Source: Bacillus subtilis subsp. subtilis str. 168
GTDB lineage: Bacteria; Bacillota; Bacilli; Bacillales; Bacillaceae
Assembly: GCF_000009045.1 (NCBI RefSeq)
Contig: NC_000964.3
Location: 1,116,001 to 1,180,000 of the forward strand
Direction of reading: 5' to 3'
Length of the DNA stretch: 64,000 nt
Shown here in pieces: positions 17,498-28,752 of this stretch. Numbering within the stretch: the stretch's first letter is position 1; each line of letters begins with the position of its first letter. A model generated the notes under the pieces. The model did not search any database, was not told the origin of the DNA, and saw only the letters and a list, made by a program, of their open reading frames with translations. The translations under genes were made by a program, and so were the position numbers.

Positions 17498-19225
17498 TTG
17501 AAGCTGATAGAGCACTACGTGGCGCTTGTAAAAACAGGCTGCGCCGAGTATGGGCAAATGAACGAAATGACGCTCACTGAGATTGCCGACTGTTTATTTT
17601 GTACAGAAAGAAATGCAAAGCTCATTTTACATAAGCTGGAGAACAGCAATTGGATTATCCGGGAAAGCGGGGCGGGGCGCGGCCGCAAATCTAAAATCGC
17701 GTTTCTTCGGAGGCCTGAGGAACTGCTTCTTCAAACTGCAAAGGAATATACCATGTCAGGAAAGCTTAAAAAGGCAAAGGAGCTGCTTCAGCAGTATCAG
17801 TCCGCGTTTCCAGGGCTTCAAAACGAATATAACATGTGGCTATCAGAGGTATTCGGATTTGTGACGGAGACAGGCGAGAATGGGGCGAAGGATGTCCTGC
17901 GGCTGTTCATCACGCCTGAATCTGTCAGCAGTTTGGATCCATGCCAAATATTTTTGCGGTCTGAGGGCCATTTCGTCAAACAGATATTTGATACACTCTT
18001 CACGTTTGATTCGGATATGCAGGAGCCGAAGCCTCATTTGGTTCATGGATGGGAAGAGGTCGGAAAAAAACAATGGAGATTTTTTCTTCGAAAAGGTGTG
18101 TTATTTCATAATGGACAGCCGCTGACATCGCGGGACGTTGCGTTTACATTTCAGCGCTTTTTGGAACTGGCTGACAACCCGTATAAATGGCTTCTGCACG
18201 GAGTGAAACAAGTCTTAGAAAAGGGCCCTTATTGTGTGGAGCTCATACTCGATAAGCCGAATGCGCTTTTGCCGTATGCTCTTTGTGATGAACGGCTGTC
18301 CATACTGCCGGCAGAACAGGGCGGCGGGAAAAATGGAACAGGGCCTTTTCAGATGAATCAGCAACATAGCGGGATGCTTGTGCTTGAAGCCAATGAGCGC
18401 TACTTCAAGGGACGCCCCTATTTGGATCGCGTTGAGTTTGTGTTTTCTGAGCAAGCCGGAGAGATGAACGGTTTTACCATTCAAGAAAAACAAACATGTC
18501 CTGAGCAGCAAACTGTCTTTGATGAGCGGCATGTTCAGTATTTGTCGCTTAATCTGAAAAAGAAGGGGCCTCTTCAGCACCGAAGCTTTAGAAAAGCGCT
18601 CCGGCTGCTGATTTCCTCTGAACGGCTCGTTCGTGAAGCGGGAGGGCACCGAAGAATTCCGGTTACGTCCTTTTTGCATCCGAGTCCTTTTGAGTGGGAG
18701 GGCGTTTCGCCATCTGAATTGTTGAAAAAAAGCGGATACGAGGGCGAAACAATCGTGCTTTATACCTTTTCGGAAACGGATCATCGTGAGGACGCCGAAT
18801 GGATTCAAAATATTTGCGCCCAGCACGGTATCAGGCTTACACTTCAATTCTGTGATGCTGCTGATCTGCGACGGCCGGAAATCGTGCAGATGGCGGATAT
18901 CATTCATGACAGTGCGACGTTTTATCAAGACAGCGAGTTTGGTTTTCTGCATTTGCTGCTGTCGGAGAACAGTTTCTTGTATCAGCATCTATCTGAAAAG
19001 CTGACACAGATTTGCTCAGGAATGACAGAGCGGATGTTTTCCATGCCTGACCGCTGTTCGAGAATCAACATCCTGCGTGACATTGACCGGCAGATGATAC
19101 AGGAGCTGAACGCGATCCCGCTGTATCAAAATGTGCTCCAGGTGACATCAAGTAAAAATGTAAAAGGCCTGGTGCTTGATGAAGAGGGATGGATTGATTT
19201 GTACTCCGTATGGCTGTCCAAATAA
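17498..19225 (+). CDS. yhjP: SgrR-like regulator (N-terminal HTH plus family-5 solute-binding domain)
   Basis: LTEIADCLFCTERNAKLILHKL...GRGRKSKI N-terminus; LRKGVLFHNG and GTGPF SBP5 motifs. TTG start after GGGAGG. Confidence 0.9.
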   Translation: MKLIEHYVALVKTGCAEYGQMNEMTLTEIADCLFCTERNAKLILHKLENSNWIIRESGAGRGRKSKIAFLRRPEELLLQTAKEYTMSGKLKKAKELLQQYQSAFPGLQNEYNMWLSEVFGFVTETGENGAKDVLRLFITPESVSSLDPCQIFLRSEGHFVKQIFDTLFTFDSDMQEPKPHLVHGWEEVGKKQWRFFLRKGVLFHNGQPLTSRDVAFTFQRFLELADNPYKWLLHGVKQVLEKGPYCVELILDKPNALLPYALCDERLSILPAEQGGGKNGTGPFQMNQQHSGMLVLEANERYFKGRPYLDRVEFVFSEQAGEMNGFTIQEKQTCPEQQTVFDERHVQYLSLNLKKKGPLQHRSFRKALRLLISSERLVREAGGHRRIPVTSFLHPSPFEWEGVSPSELLKKSGYEGETIVLYTFSETDHREDAEWIQNICAQHGIRLTLQFCDAADLRRPEIVQMADIIHDSATFYQDSEFGFLHLLLSENSFLYQHLSEKLTQICSGMTERMFSMPDRCSRINILRDIDRQMIQELNAIPLYQNVLQVTSSKNVKGLVLDEEGWIDLYSVWLSK

Positions 19226-19256
19226 AAAGAGGGTTCTTTTTTGAACCCTCTTTTTT
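19224..19256. terminator. Bidirectional terminator between yhjP and yhjQ
   Basis: AAAAAGAGGGTTC-TTTTTT-GAACCCTCTTTTT. Confidence 0.9.
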
Positions 19257-19581
19257 ACGCTGCCATGCTGCGGCATTGTTCAGCACAGGTGAAGCAGGCT
19301 TTCGCACATGCTTGGCAATGATCATGATCGTGCTTTCCGCATTCAGTGCCGCATGCTTCACAAATATCGGCGCAAAGTGCACAAATTTCTTTCATAAACG
19401 GGCTGTCCGTTTGCATGGCTTTGACCGCCAGCGCGCAAATATCCGCGCATTCCCTGTCAAGCCGGATGCATCCGCTGAGATGATGCTGCACGCTTTCTTC
19501 CAAGCATTTAGTGAAACAATGATTGCAAGCCTTCATGCAATCGATGCAAGCCTCAATACAAGCCTCAGAATATTGCTCCAT
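19255..19581 (-). CDS. yhjQ: Cytosolic copper-storage protein Csp3 (four-helix bundle)
   Basis: 108 aa with 19 Cys in CxxxC/CxxC spacing and a C-terminal HDHDH motif. Confidence 0.92.
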   Translation of the reverse strand: MEQYSEACIEACIDCMKACNHCFTKCLEESVQHHLSGCIRLDRECADICALAVKAMQTDSPFMKEICALCADICEACGTECGKHDHDHCQACAKACFTCAEQCRSMAA

Positions 19582-19665
19582 GGTTGATTCCCCCTGTATG
19601 ACAGTATATGGTTTTATGTTTCACGGCTGCATTTGAAAAAAACAGGGGAGTGTGTTTTTAGCTAA

Positions 19666-19698
19666 GGGGATATGTACATATACCCTGAATGGGTATAT
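19666..19698. promoter_or_regulatory. Overlapping palindromes upstream of yhjQ (CsoR-like operator and/or SigB promoter)
   Basis: ATATACCC-TGAAT-GGGTATAT perfect inverted repeat; GGGGATATGT/ACATATACCC second inverted repeat. Confidence 0.5.
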
Positions 19699-20136
19699 CT
19701 AACGTTCCATCAGATAGTATAGGAACCAGACAGCGTGATTTTGTTCATCACGTGCTGCGCGCGTAAAGACGCCTTTCGCTTTTAAGTTTGACGTTTCCTC
19801 GGCCGCACGCAAGTAAAAGTCGACGGTTTCTTGTTCATCTTTAAAAGCGGCGTCCAGTCCTCTTGTGAAATTGTCCGGGCATTCTTCCGTTTGTTTCGGC
19901 ATGATGTGTTTGCCGGTAATTGAACCATACAGTGTGGAAAATTCACGGAGGTGGCGAATCTCGTCACGCCTGATTTCTTCAATCTGTTTTCTGACCTCAT
20001 CGCTGTGGGCGAGTTCGGCAAGCTTGCGGTAGCATTGAATAGCACTGAATTCTCCGTTGATGGCCTTCTGCAAATTCCGAATCAAAACAGGATCTTCCCG
20101 GTATGGCACCGGATAGGGATAGTAGCTGTAATGCAA
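19699..20136 (-). CDS. yhjR: Ferritin/rubrerythrin-like spore protein (145 aa)
   Basis: Two E...DExxH motifs (DEIRH, DEQNH); Tyr/Pro-rich N-terminus; TTG start. Confidence 0.88.
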   Translation of the reverse strand: MHYSYYPYPVPYREDPVLIRNLQKAINGEFSAIQCYRKLAELAHSDEVRKQIEEIRRDEIRHLREFSTLYGSITGKHIMPKQTEECPDNFTRGLDAAFKDEQETVDFYLRAAEETSNLKAKGVFTRAARDEQNHAVWFLYYLMER

Positions 20137-20208
20137 GGGGATTCAACTCCATTCTTAGGAATTGGGCTTCTGTAAAAGTATATGTTGGGCAGGGAGAGAT
20201 GTGCGGAG

Positions 20209-20242
20209 ATAATCAGCTTTTTATATGTGAAAAGGCCGTTTT
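20209..20242 (+). promoter_or_regulatory. ComK box of the addAB promoter (8-nt spacer)
   Basis: ATAA-TCAGC-TTTT (20209-20221) and AAAA-GGCCG-TTTT (20230-20242); two-turn geometry. Confidence 0.8.
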
Positions 20243-20319
20243 TACCAATAGATCAGATTGGTCATTTTCGTCAACATTCGATAAAATATAGAGAGATAAA
20301 AAGAGAGGGGTCTTCTAAT

Positions 20320-23300
20320 TTGGGAGCAGAGTTTTTAGTAGGCAGGTCCGGGAGTGGAAAAACGAAGCTGATCATCAACAGCATTCAGGATGAATTGCGC
20401 CGGGCTCCATTCGGGAAGCCGATCATTTTTCTAGTCCCGGATCAAATGACGTTTTTAATGGAATACGAGCTTGCTAAAACGCCAGATATGGGCGGGATGA
20501 TACGCGCTCAAGTGTTCAGTTTTTCACGATTGGCCTGGCGCGTCCTCCAGCATACGGGAGGAATGAGCAGGCCGTTTCTGACGAGCACCGGCGTACAAAT
20601 GCTCCTGCGGAAGCTCATTGAGGAGCATAAACAGGAGTTCAAAGTCTATCAAAAAGCGAGTGACAAAAGCGGGTTTACCGCACAGGTTGAGCGGATGCTG
20701 ACAGAGTTTAAGCGCTATTGTCTGGAACCGGAGGATATCCGCCGGATGGCGGAAAGCGGAACGGCTTCCGAGTATCGCGGAGAACGTGTTTTATCTGAAA
20801 AGCTCCATGACTTATCAATTCTGTATCAGCAAATGGAAAAAAGCCTCGCAGATCAATATCTTCACTCTGAGGATTATTTGACATTGCTGGCAGAGCATAT
20901 CCCGCTTGCGGAAGATATAAAAGGCGCCCATATCTATGTGGATGGCTTTTATCAGTTTACCCCGCAGGAATTCAGGGTGTTGGAGCAGCTTATGGTTCAT
21001 GCGGAGCATATCACGTTTTCGCTCACAGCGGACAAGCCGTCATATGAGCGGGAGCCGCATGAACTGGAATTGTTCAGAATGACGGGGAAAACCTATTACC
21101 GCCTGCATCAGAAGGCGAAGGAACTGAATTTGGACATTACGTATAAAGAGCTGAGCGGGACTGAGCGGCATACAAAGACGCCGGAATTGGCGCATCTAGA
21201 GGCACAGTATGAAGCGCGTCCGGCCATTCCATACGCAGAAAAACAAGAAGCCCTTACTGTGATGCAGGCCGCAAACAGACGAGCTGAGCTGGAAGGCATT
21301 GCTCGGGAAATTCACGCCCTAGTCAGAGAGAAGGGATATCGCTATAAGGATGTAGCAATTCTTGCGCGCCAGCCGGAAGACTACAAGGATATGGTGAAGG
21401 AAGTTTTCGCAGATTACGAGATTCCTTATTTCATTGACGGAAAAGCATCTATGCTGAACCATCCGTTAATTGAATTTATCCGGTCGAGCCTTGATGTTCT
21501 GAAAGGGAATTGGCGTTATGAAGCGGTGTTTCGCTGCGTGAAAACCGAACTGCTATTCCCGCTCAATGAACCGAAGGCCAAAGTGAGAGAACAGGTCGAT
21601 CAGCTCGAAAATTACTGTATCGCCTATGGTATTAAAGGCGACCGCTGGACAAAGGGCGATCGGTTCCAATACAGGCGTTTTGTGTCATTGGATGATGATT
21701 TTGCGCAGACTGATCAGGAAATCGAAATGGAAAACATGTTGAATGACACCCGCGATTGGATTGTTCCGCCGCTTTTTCAGCTTCAAAAACGCATGAAAAA
21801 AGCGAAGACGGTTCAAGAGAAGGCGGAGGCGCTCTATCGTTATTTAGAAGAGACGGATGTGCCGCTGAAGCTGGATCAGGAAAGGCAGCGTGCTGAGGAT
21901 GACGGCAGAATCATTGAAGCGCAGCAGCATCAGCAGGCGTGGGACGCAGTCATTCAGCTGCTTGAGGAGTTTGTTGAAATGATGGGAGATGATGAGATTT
22001 CTCTTGATTTGTTTCAGCAAATGATAGAAGCCGGCGCGGAGTCGCTTACATTTTCTCTAATTCCGCCTGCGCTTGACCAGGTGTTTGTCGGCAATATGGA
22101 TTTGTCCAGAATGTATGGCACCTCCTGCACCTTTGTGCTCGGGGCAAACGACGGCGTTCTGCCGGCACGCCCTGATGAAAACGGGGTCCTGTCGGATGAT
22201 GACCGGGAATGGCTGAAAACGATTGGGGTTGAGCTATCCTCAGGCGGACGAGAGCGTTTGCTTGATGAGCACTTCCTCATCTACATGGCGTTTTCAAGTC
22301 CGTCTGACCGGCTTTACGTATCGTATCCGATTGCTGATGCGGAAGGAAAAACGCTTTTGCCGTCGATGATCGTTAAGCGGCTGGAAGAACTGTTTCCGCA
22401 TCATAAGGAGCGCCTGTTAACAAATGAACCTGAACAGGTCAGCGATGAGGAACAGCTGATGTATGTTGTGAATAAAAGCGTGGCACAGTCCTTTACCGCG
22501 AGCCAGCTCAGGTTATGGACTCGGGAATACGACATCAGCGACGTCTGGTGGAGCACGTACAATGTGCTGATGAGTGAGCAGGACAGGCTGCAATCGAAAA
22601 AGCTGTTCTCAAGCCTGTTTTTCCGGAATGAAGTGAAGCAGCTTGAACGCAGCGTGTCGAGACAGCTCTATGGTGAACGTATTCAGGGCAGTGTATCGAG
22701 AATGGAAACCTTTAACGCATGCCCGTTTTCCCATTTTGCGTCACACGGGCTGCATTTGAAGGAACGGCAATTCTTCAAGCTTGAAGCACCGGATATCGGC
22801 CAGCTGTTTCATTCCAGCTTAAAGCTGATTTCGGACAGGCTGCGTGAGCAAAAGCTGGATTGGCGCGATTTAACGAAGGAGCAGTGCGAGCTGTTTTCCT
22901 ATGATGCGGTAGAGCGGCTGGCACCGAAACTGCAAAAGGAAATTCTGCTCAGCTCAAACCGGCATTATTATGTGAAGGAAAAACTGCAAAAAATTGTGAC
23001 ACGTGTGTCCGGCATTTTAAGCGAGCATGCGAAAGCGAGCGGATTCGTACCGATCGGGCTTGAACTGGGCTTTGGAGGAAAAGGGCCGCTTCCGCCGCTG
23101 ACCTTTCAACTGAAAAACGGCTGTACGATGGAACTCGTCGGGCGAATTGACCGTGTTGATAAGGCTGAAAGCTCAAAAGGCCTGCTCCTCAGGATTGTCG
23201 ATTATAAATCAAGCGACAAAGGCCTTGACTTAGCGGAAGTATATTACGGATTGGCACTGCAAATGCTGACGTACCTTGATTTATCGATTACACATTCAGC

Positions 23301-23820
23301 TGACTGGCTCGGGATGAGGGCGACGCCTGCCGGAGTGCTGTATTTCCATATTCATGACCCGATGATTCAATCTAATCTCCCGCTTGGGCTTGACGAGATT
23401 GAACAGGAGATCTTTAAGAAATTTAAAATGAAGGGCTTGCTCCTCGGTGATCAGGAAGTGGTTCGCCTCATGGATACAACCCTTCAAGAGGGACGTTCAA
23501 ATATCATAAACGCCGGCTTGAAAAAAGACGGCTCTCTCAGATCAGACTCAGCAGCAGTCGGTGAAAAGGAATTTGATCTTTTGACAAAGCATGTGCGCCG
23601 CACCTTCCAAGAAGCGGGCGAACAAATCACCGACGGGCGCGTATCCATTGAGCCGTACAAAATGAAGAACAAGACGCCGTGCACATACTGTGCGTTCAAA
23701 TCAGTATGCCAATTTGATGAATCACTGGAAGAAAACGAGTATCGCCCATTAAAGGCTGAAAAGGACAAGACAATACTTGAGTGGATAAAAAAGGAGGCGG
23801 ATGGCAATGAACATTCCTAA
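20320..23820 (+). CDS. addB: ATP-dependent helicase/nuclease subunit AddB
   Basis: GRSGSGKT Walker A; GRIDRVD...VDYKSS nuclease; Fe-S Cys (NACPF...CTYC...C). TTG start. Confidence 0.98.
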
Positions 23821-26800
23821 ACCGGCAGACAGCACATGGACAGATGACCAATGGAATGCCATTGTTTCAACCGGCCAGGATATTCTTGTGGCAGCGGCTG
23901 CGGGCTCTGGTAAAACCGCTGTGCTCGTTGAACGAATGATTCGGAAAATCACCGCGGAGGAAAACCCAATAGATGTAGACCGTCTTCTCGTTGTGACATT
24001 TACAAACGCCTCAGCGGCAGAGATGAAGCACCGAATCGCAGAAGCCTTGGAAAAAGAGCTTGTACAGCGCCCCGGCTCGCTGCATATTAGACGCCAGCTG
24101 TCTCTTTTAAACCGGGCCAGCATTTCGACGCTCCATTCCTTTTGCCTGCAAGTGCTGAAGAAATATTACTACTTGATCGATCTTGATCCGGGCTTTCGGA
24201 TAGCTGATCAGACGGAAGGCGAGCTGATCGGGGATGAAGTGCTTGACGAGCTGTTTGAAGACGAATACGCAAAGGGCGAAAAGGCGTTTTTTGAGCTTGT
24301 TGACCGCTATACGACAGACCGGCATGATCTGGATCTGCAATTTCTCGTTAAACAGGTGTACGAGTATTCCCGATCCCATCCCAACCCGGAGGCGTGGCTG
24401 GAAAGCTTTGTTCATTTGTATGATGTATCAGAAAAGAGCGCCATCGAGGAGCTGCCGTTTTATCAATATGTCAAAGAAGATATTGCAATGGTGCTTAACG
24501 GGGCGAAGGAAAAGCTCTTGCGCGCGCTTGAGCTGACGAAAGCGCCGGGCGGCCCGGCGCCGCGTGCTGACAATTTTCTTGATGATCTTGCTCAGATTGA
24601 TGAACTGATTCAGCATCAGGACGATTTCAGTGAACTATATAAGCGGGTGCCCGCCGTCTCTTTTAAGCGTGCCAAAGCAGTAAAAGGGGATGAGTTCGAT
24701 CCAGCGCTCCTTGATGAGGCGACAGATTTGAGGAACGGCGCAAAAAAACTGCTTGAAAAGCTCAAAACCGACTACTTCACGCGAAGTCCTGAACAGCACT
24801 TGAAAAGCCTAGCCGAGATGAAGCCTGTCATTGAAACGCTCGTACAGCTTGTCATCAGCTATGGAAAACGATTCGAAGCTGCGAAACAGGAAAAATCAAT
24901 CATCGATTTTTCGGATTTGGAGCATTACTGTTTAGCGATTTTGACAGCTGAGAATGACAAAGGTGAACGTGAGCCGAGCGAGGCTGCAAGGTTTTATCAG
25001 GAACAGTTTCATGAGGTGCTCGTTGACGAATATCAGGATACCAACCTCGTGCAGGAATCGATTCTGCAGCTCGTCACAAGCGGTCCGGAGGAGACTGGTA
25101 ACCTGTTTATGGTAGGAGATGTCAAACAGTCGATTTATCGATTCAGGCTTGCGGAGCCGCTTCTTTTCCTCTCTAAATACAAACGGTTTACAGAGAGCGG
25201 AGAAGGCACGGGGCGGAAAATCGATTTAAATAAAAATTTCCGAAGCCGGGCTGATATTTTAGACAGCACAAACTTTTTATTTAAACAGCTGATGGGCGGC
25301 AAAATCGGTGAGGTCGATTATGACGAGCAGGCTGAGCTGAAGCTTGGTGCAGCGTATCCGGACAATGACGAGACGGAAACAGAGCTGCTGCTGATCGACA
25401 ACGCAGAAGATACGGATGCAAGCGAGGAAGCAGAAGAGCTTGAAACGGTGCAGTTTGAGGCAAAAGCCATCGCTAAGGAAATTCGTAAGCTGATTTCATC
25501 GCCGTTTAAGGTGTATGACGGAAAAAAGAAAACACATCGCAATATTCAATACCGAGATATCGTGATTTTGCTCCGTTCGATGCCGTGGGCTCCGCAAATC
25601 ATGGAGGAGCTGAGAGCACAGGGCATACCGGTTTACGCCAATTTAACGTCAGGCTATTTTGAAGCGGTCGAAGTCGCCGTCGCGCTTTCTGTGCTGAAGG
25701 TGATTGATAATCCGTATCAGGATATACCGCTTGCCTCTGTGCTGCGCTCACCGATTGTCGGAGCAGATGAAAACGAGCTGTCTTTGATCCGGCTTGAAAA
25801 TAAAAAAGCGCCGTACTATGAGGCGATGAAAGACTACCTGGCTGCTGGTGACCGGAGCGATGAGCTTTATCAAAAGTTAAATACGTTTTACGGACATCTG
25901 CAAAAATGGCGCGCGTTTTCGAAAAACCACTCAGTATCTGAGCTGATTTGGGAAGTGTACCGCGACACCAAATATATGGATTATGTCGGCGGCATGCCGG
26001 GCGGAAAACAGCGCCAGGCCAATTTGCGTGTTCTTTATGACAGGGCGCGTCAATATGAATCAACGGCATTTCGCGGCTTGTTCCGTTTCCTGCGGTTTAT
26101 CGAACGCATGCAGGAGCGGGGCGATGATCTTGGTACGGCGAGAGCGCTCAGCGAGCAGGAGGATGTTGTCCGCTTAATGACGATCCACAGCAGCAAAGGG
26201 CTCGAATTTCCAGTCGTGTTTGTAGCAGGTCTCGGCCGGAATTTCAACATGATGGATTTGAACAAATCGTACCTGCTGGATAAGGAGCTCGGATTTGGCA
26301 CGAAGTATATTCATCCGCAATTACGCATCAGCTATCCGACACTTCCGCTCATTGCGATGAAGAAAAAAATGCGCAGGGAGCTGCTGTCAGAGGAATTGCG
26401 TGTGCTCTATGTTGCATTAACGAGAGCGAAGGAAAAGCTGTTTCTGATTGGCTCATGTAAGGATCATCAGAAACAGCTTGCAAAATGGCAGGCATCCGCG
26501 TCCCAAACTGATTGGCTTCTGCCGGAATTTGACCGCTATCAGGCGAGAACGTATCTAGATTTCATTGGGCCGGCTCTTGCCAGGCACAGAGACTTGGGGG
26601 ATTTGGCTGGTGTGCCAGCACACGCTGACATCTCAGGTCACCCGGCTCGTTTTGCCGTTCAAATGATCCATTCCTATGATTTGCTTGATGATGATCTGGA
26701 AGAAAGAATGGAAGAAAAAAGCGAGCGCCTAGAAGCGATCCGCCGAGGTGAACCAGTTCCCGGCTCGTTTGCGTTTGATGAAAAAGCCCGCGAGCAGCTG

Positions 26801-27505
26801 AGCTGGACCTACCCGCATCAAGAAGTGACGCAAATTCGGACAAAGCAATCAGTTTCTGAGATCAAGAGAAAAAGAGAGTACGAGGATGAATACAGCGGCA
26901 GGGCCCCTGTAAAACCGGCTGATGGAAGCATTCTGTACAGACGTCCCGCTTTTATGATGAAAAAAGGCCTGACAGCGGCAGAGAAAGGGACTGCCATGCA
27001 TACGGTTATGCAGCATATCCCGCTGTCACATGTGCCGTCGATAGAAGAAGCTGAGCAGACGGTTCACAGGCTTTATGAAAAAGAGCTTCTCACTGAAGAA
27101 CAAAAAGACGCTATTGATATAGAAGAAATCGTGCAATTTTTCCATACAGAAATCGGCGGACAGCTGATCGGTGCTAAGTGGAAGGACCGGGAAATACCAT
27201 TCAGCTTAGCGCTTCCGGCCAAGGAGATCTATCCTGATGCACACGAGGCAGATGAGCCGCTTTTAGTGCAGGGTATTATTGACTGTCTCTATGAAACTGA
27301 GGACGGATTATATCTATTGGATTATAAGTCGGACCGGATTGAGGGCAAATTCCAGCATGGATTTGAAGGAGCGGCCCCGATCTTGAAGAAACGATATGAA
27401 ACGCAAATTCAGCTGTACACGAAGGCAGTGGAGCAAATTGCAAAAACAAAGGTAAAGGGATGTGCGCTTTATTTCTTTGACGGAGGGCACATTCTGACAT
27501 TATAG
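23807..27505 (+). CDS. addA: ATP-dependent helicase/nuclease subunit AddA
   Basis: [39 protein letters not shown]...DYKS. Confidence 0.98.
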
Positions 27506-27576
27506 CGAGATCCATAAGCTCCGGAATTTCAGGCGGAGCGGGTCTCGTTTTCTATATAAAAGAGAGGTGAAAGCAT

Positions 27577-28752
27577 TTGCGGATTTTACATACGGCTGAC
27601 TGGCATCTTGGAAAAACGCTTGAAGGAAGAAGCAGGCTGAGTGAACAGGCCGATGTGCTGGATGAACTGAATACGATTGTAAAGGATGAGCAGATCGATG
27701 CCATTGTAATGGCGGGGGATGCATTTGACACCGTAAACCCGCCAGCTTTAGCCGAGCAGCTGTTTTATGAAAGCCTGTCTGCGCTTAGCGACAGAGGAAA
27801 GCGCCCGATCGTCGTCATTGCCGGAAATCACGATAATCCTGACCGTTTGTCCGCCGCTTCACCGCTGACACATGAAAACGGCATTCATTTAATCGGTTAT
27901 CCGACAACAGAGCCGATTCATATTGAAGTGCCTTCAGCAGGAGAGCTTTTGGCGGTTGGAGCGCTGGCGTACCCATCTGAAGCGCGGTTAAATGAAGTGC
28001 TATCCGATACGTTTGATGAAAAGCTGCTCCGTGATCACTATGATGTGAAAATCAGGCAGGCGTTTGAGCATATGACAAGCCGGTTCCGGACCGATGCAGT
28101 GAAGATTGCCGCCAGCCATATTTATGTGGCAGGCGGAAACCAAACCGATTCAGAGCGGCCGATTGAAGTCGGCGGTGCATACACGGTGGCTGCTGAAAGC
28201 CTGCCGGCAGATGCCGCTTACGTTGCGCTCGGCCATTTGCATCGCCCGCAAACGATCAAGCGGGCGCGGACGCTTGCGCGTTATTCAGGATCTCCGCTCG
28301 CCTACAGCTTTTCTGAAGCGGGCTACGCTAAATCAGTGACGATTGTGGACGCAAAGCCTGGGGAAGAGGCCACTTGGCAAGAGGTGTTATTATCAAGCGG
28401 CAAGCCACTTGTGAAGTGGAAAGCGGCAAATGGATTAAGTGAGGTGTACAGCTGGCTGGATGAAGGCAGAGATCAGAATGCTTGGATTGACTTGGAAATC
28501 CGTGTCGCGGACCAGCTGTCACTTGAAGAGATTCACAGGCTGCGGAAGGCGCACCCGGGCTTTATCCATATCAGGCCGGTTTTTGAAGAACAGAACAAAG
28601 ACCGGGAACGGATCGAGGTTAAACATGTCTCAATCGAGGACCGCTTTAAGAAATTTTATGAAAAACAAACTGGCGGTGCGGTGCCGGATGAAGAAATGGT
28701 GAAGCTGTTTTTAGAGCTTGCATCAGGCGTTGAAGAGGAGGATGCGAAATGA
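27577..28752 (+). CDS. sbcD: SbcD (Mre11-like) nuclease
   Basis: HTADWHLG, AGD.FD, AGNHD, LGHLH, YSGSP. TTG start after GAGGTG. Confidence 0.97.
   Translation: MRILHTADWHLGKTLEGRSRLSEQADVLDELNTIVKDEQIDAIVMAGDAFDTVNPPALAEQLFYESLSALSDRGKRPIVVIAGNHDNPDRLSAASPLTHENGIHLIGYPTTEPIHIEVPSAGELLAVGALAYPSEARLNEVLSDTFDEKLLRDHYDVKIRQAFEHMTSRFRTDAVKIAASHIYVAGGNQTDSERPIEVGGAYTVAAESLPADAAYVALGHLHRPQTIKRARTLARYSGSPLAYSFSEAGYAKSVTIVDAKPGEEATWQEVLLSSGKPLVKWKAANGLSEVYSWLDEGRDQNAWIDLEIRVADQLSLEEIHRLRKAHPGFIHIRPVFEEQNKDRERIEVKHVSIEDRFKKFYEKQTGGAVPDEEMVKLFLELASGVEEEDAK

Noticed and set aside
18215-18988. 257-aa antisense ORF inside yhjP
   Set aside because: Fully nested opposite a well-formed gene; atypical composition.
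20267-20273. 0A-box match (TTCGTCA) in the addB promoter
   Set aside because: A degenerate 7-mer occurs many times by chance in 64 kb; no second box.
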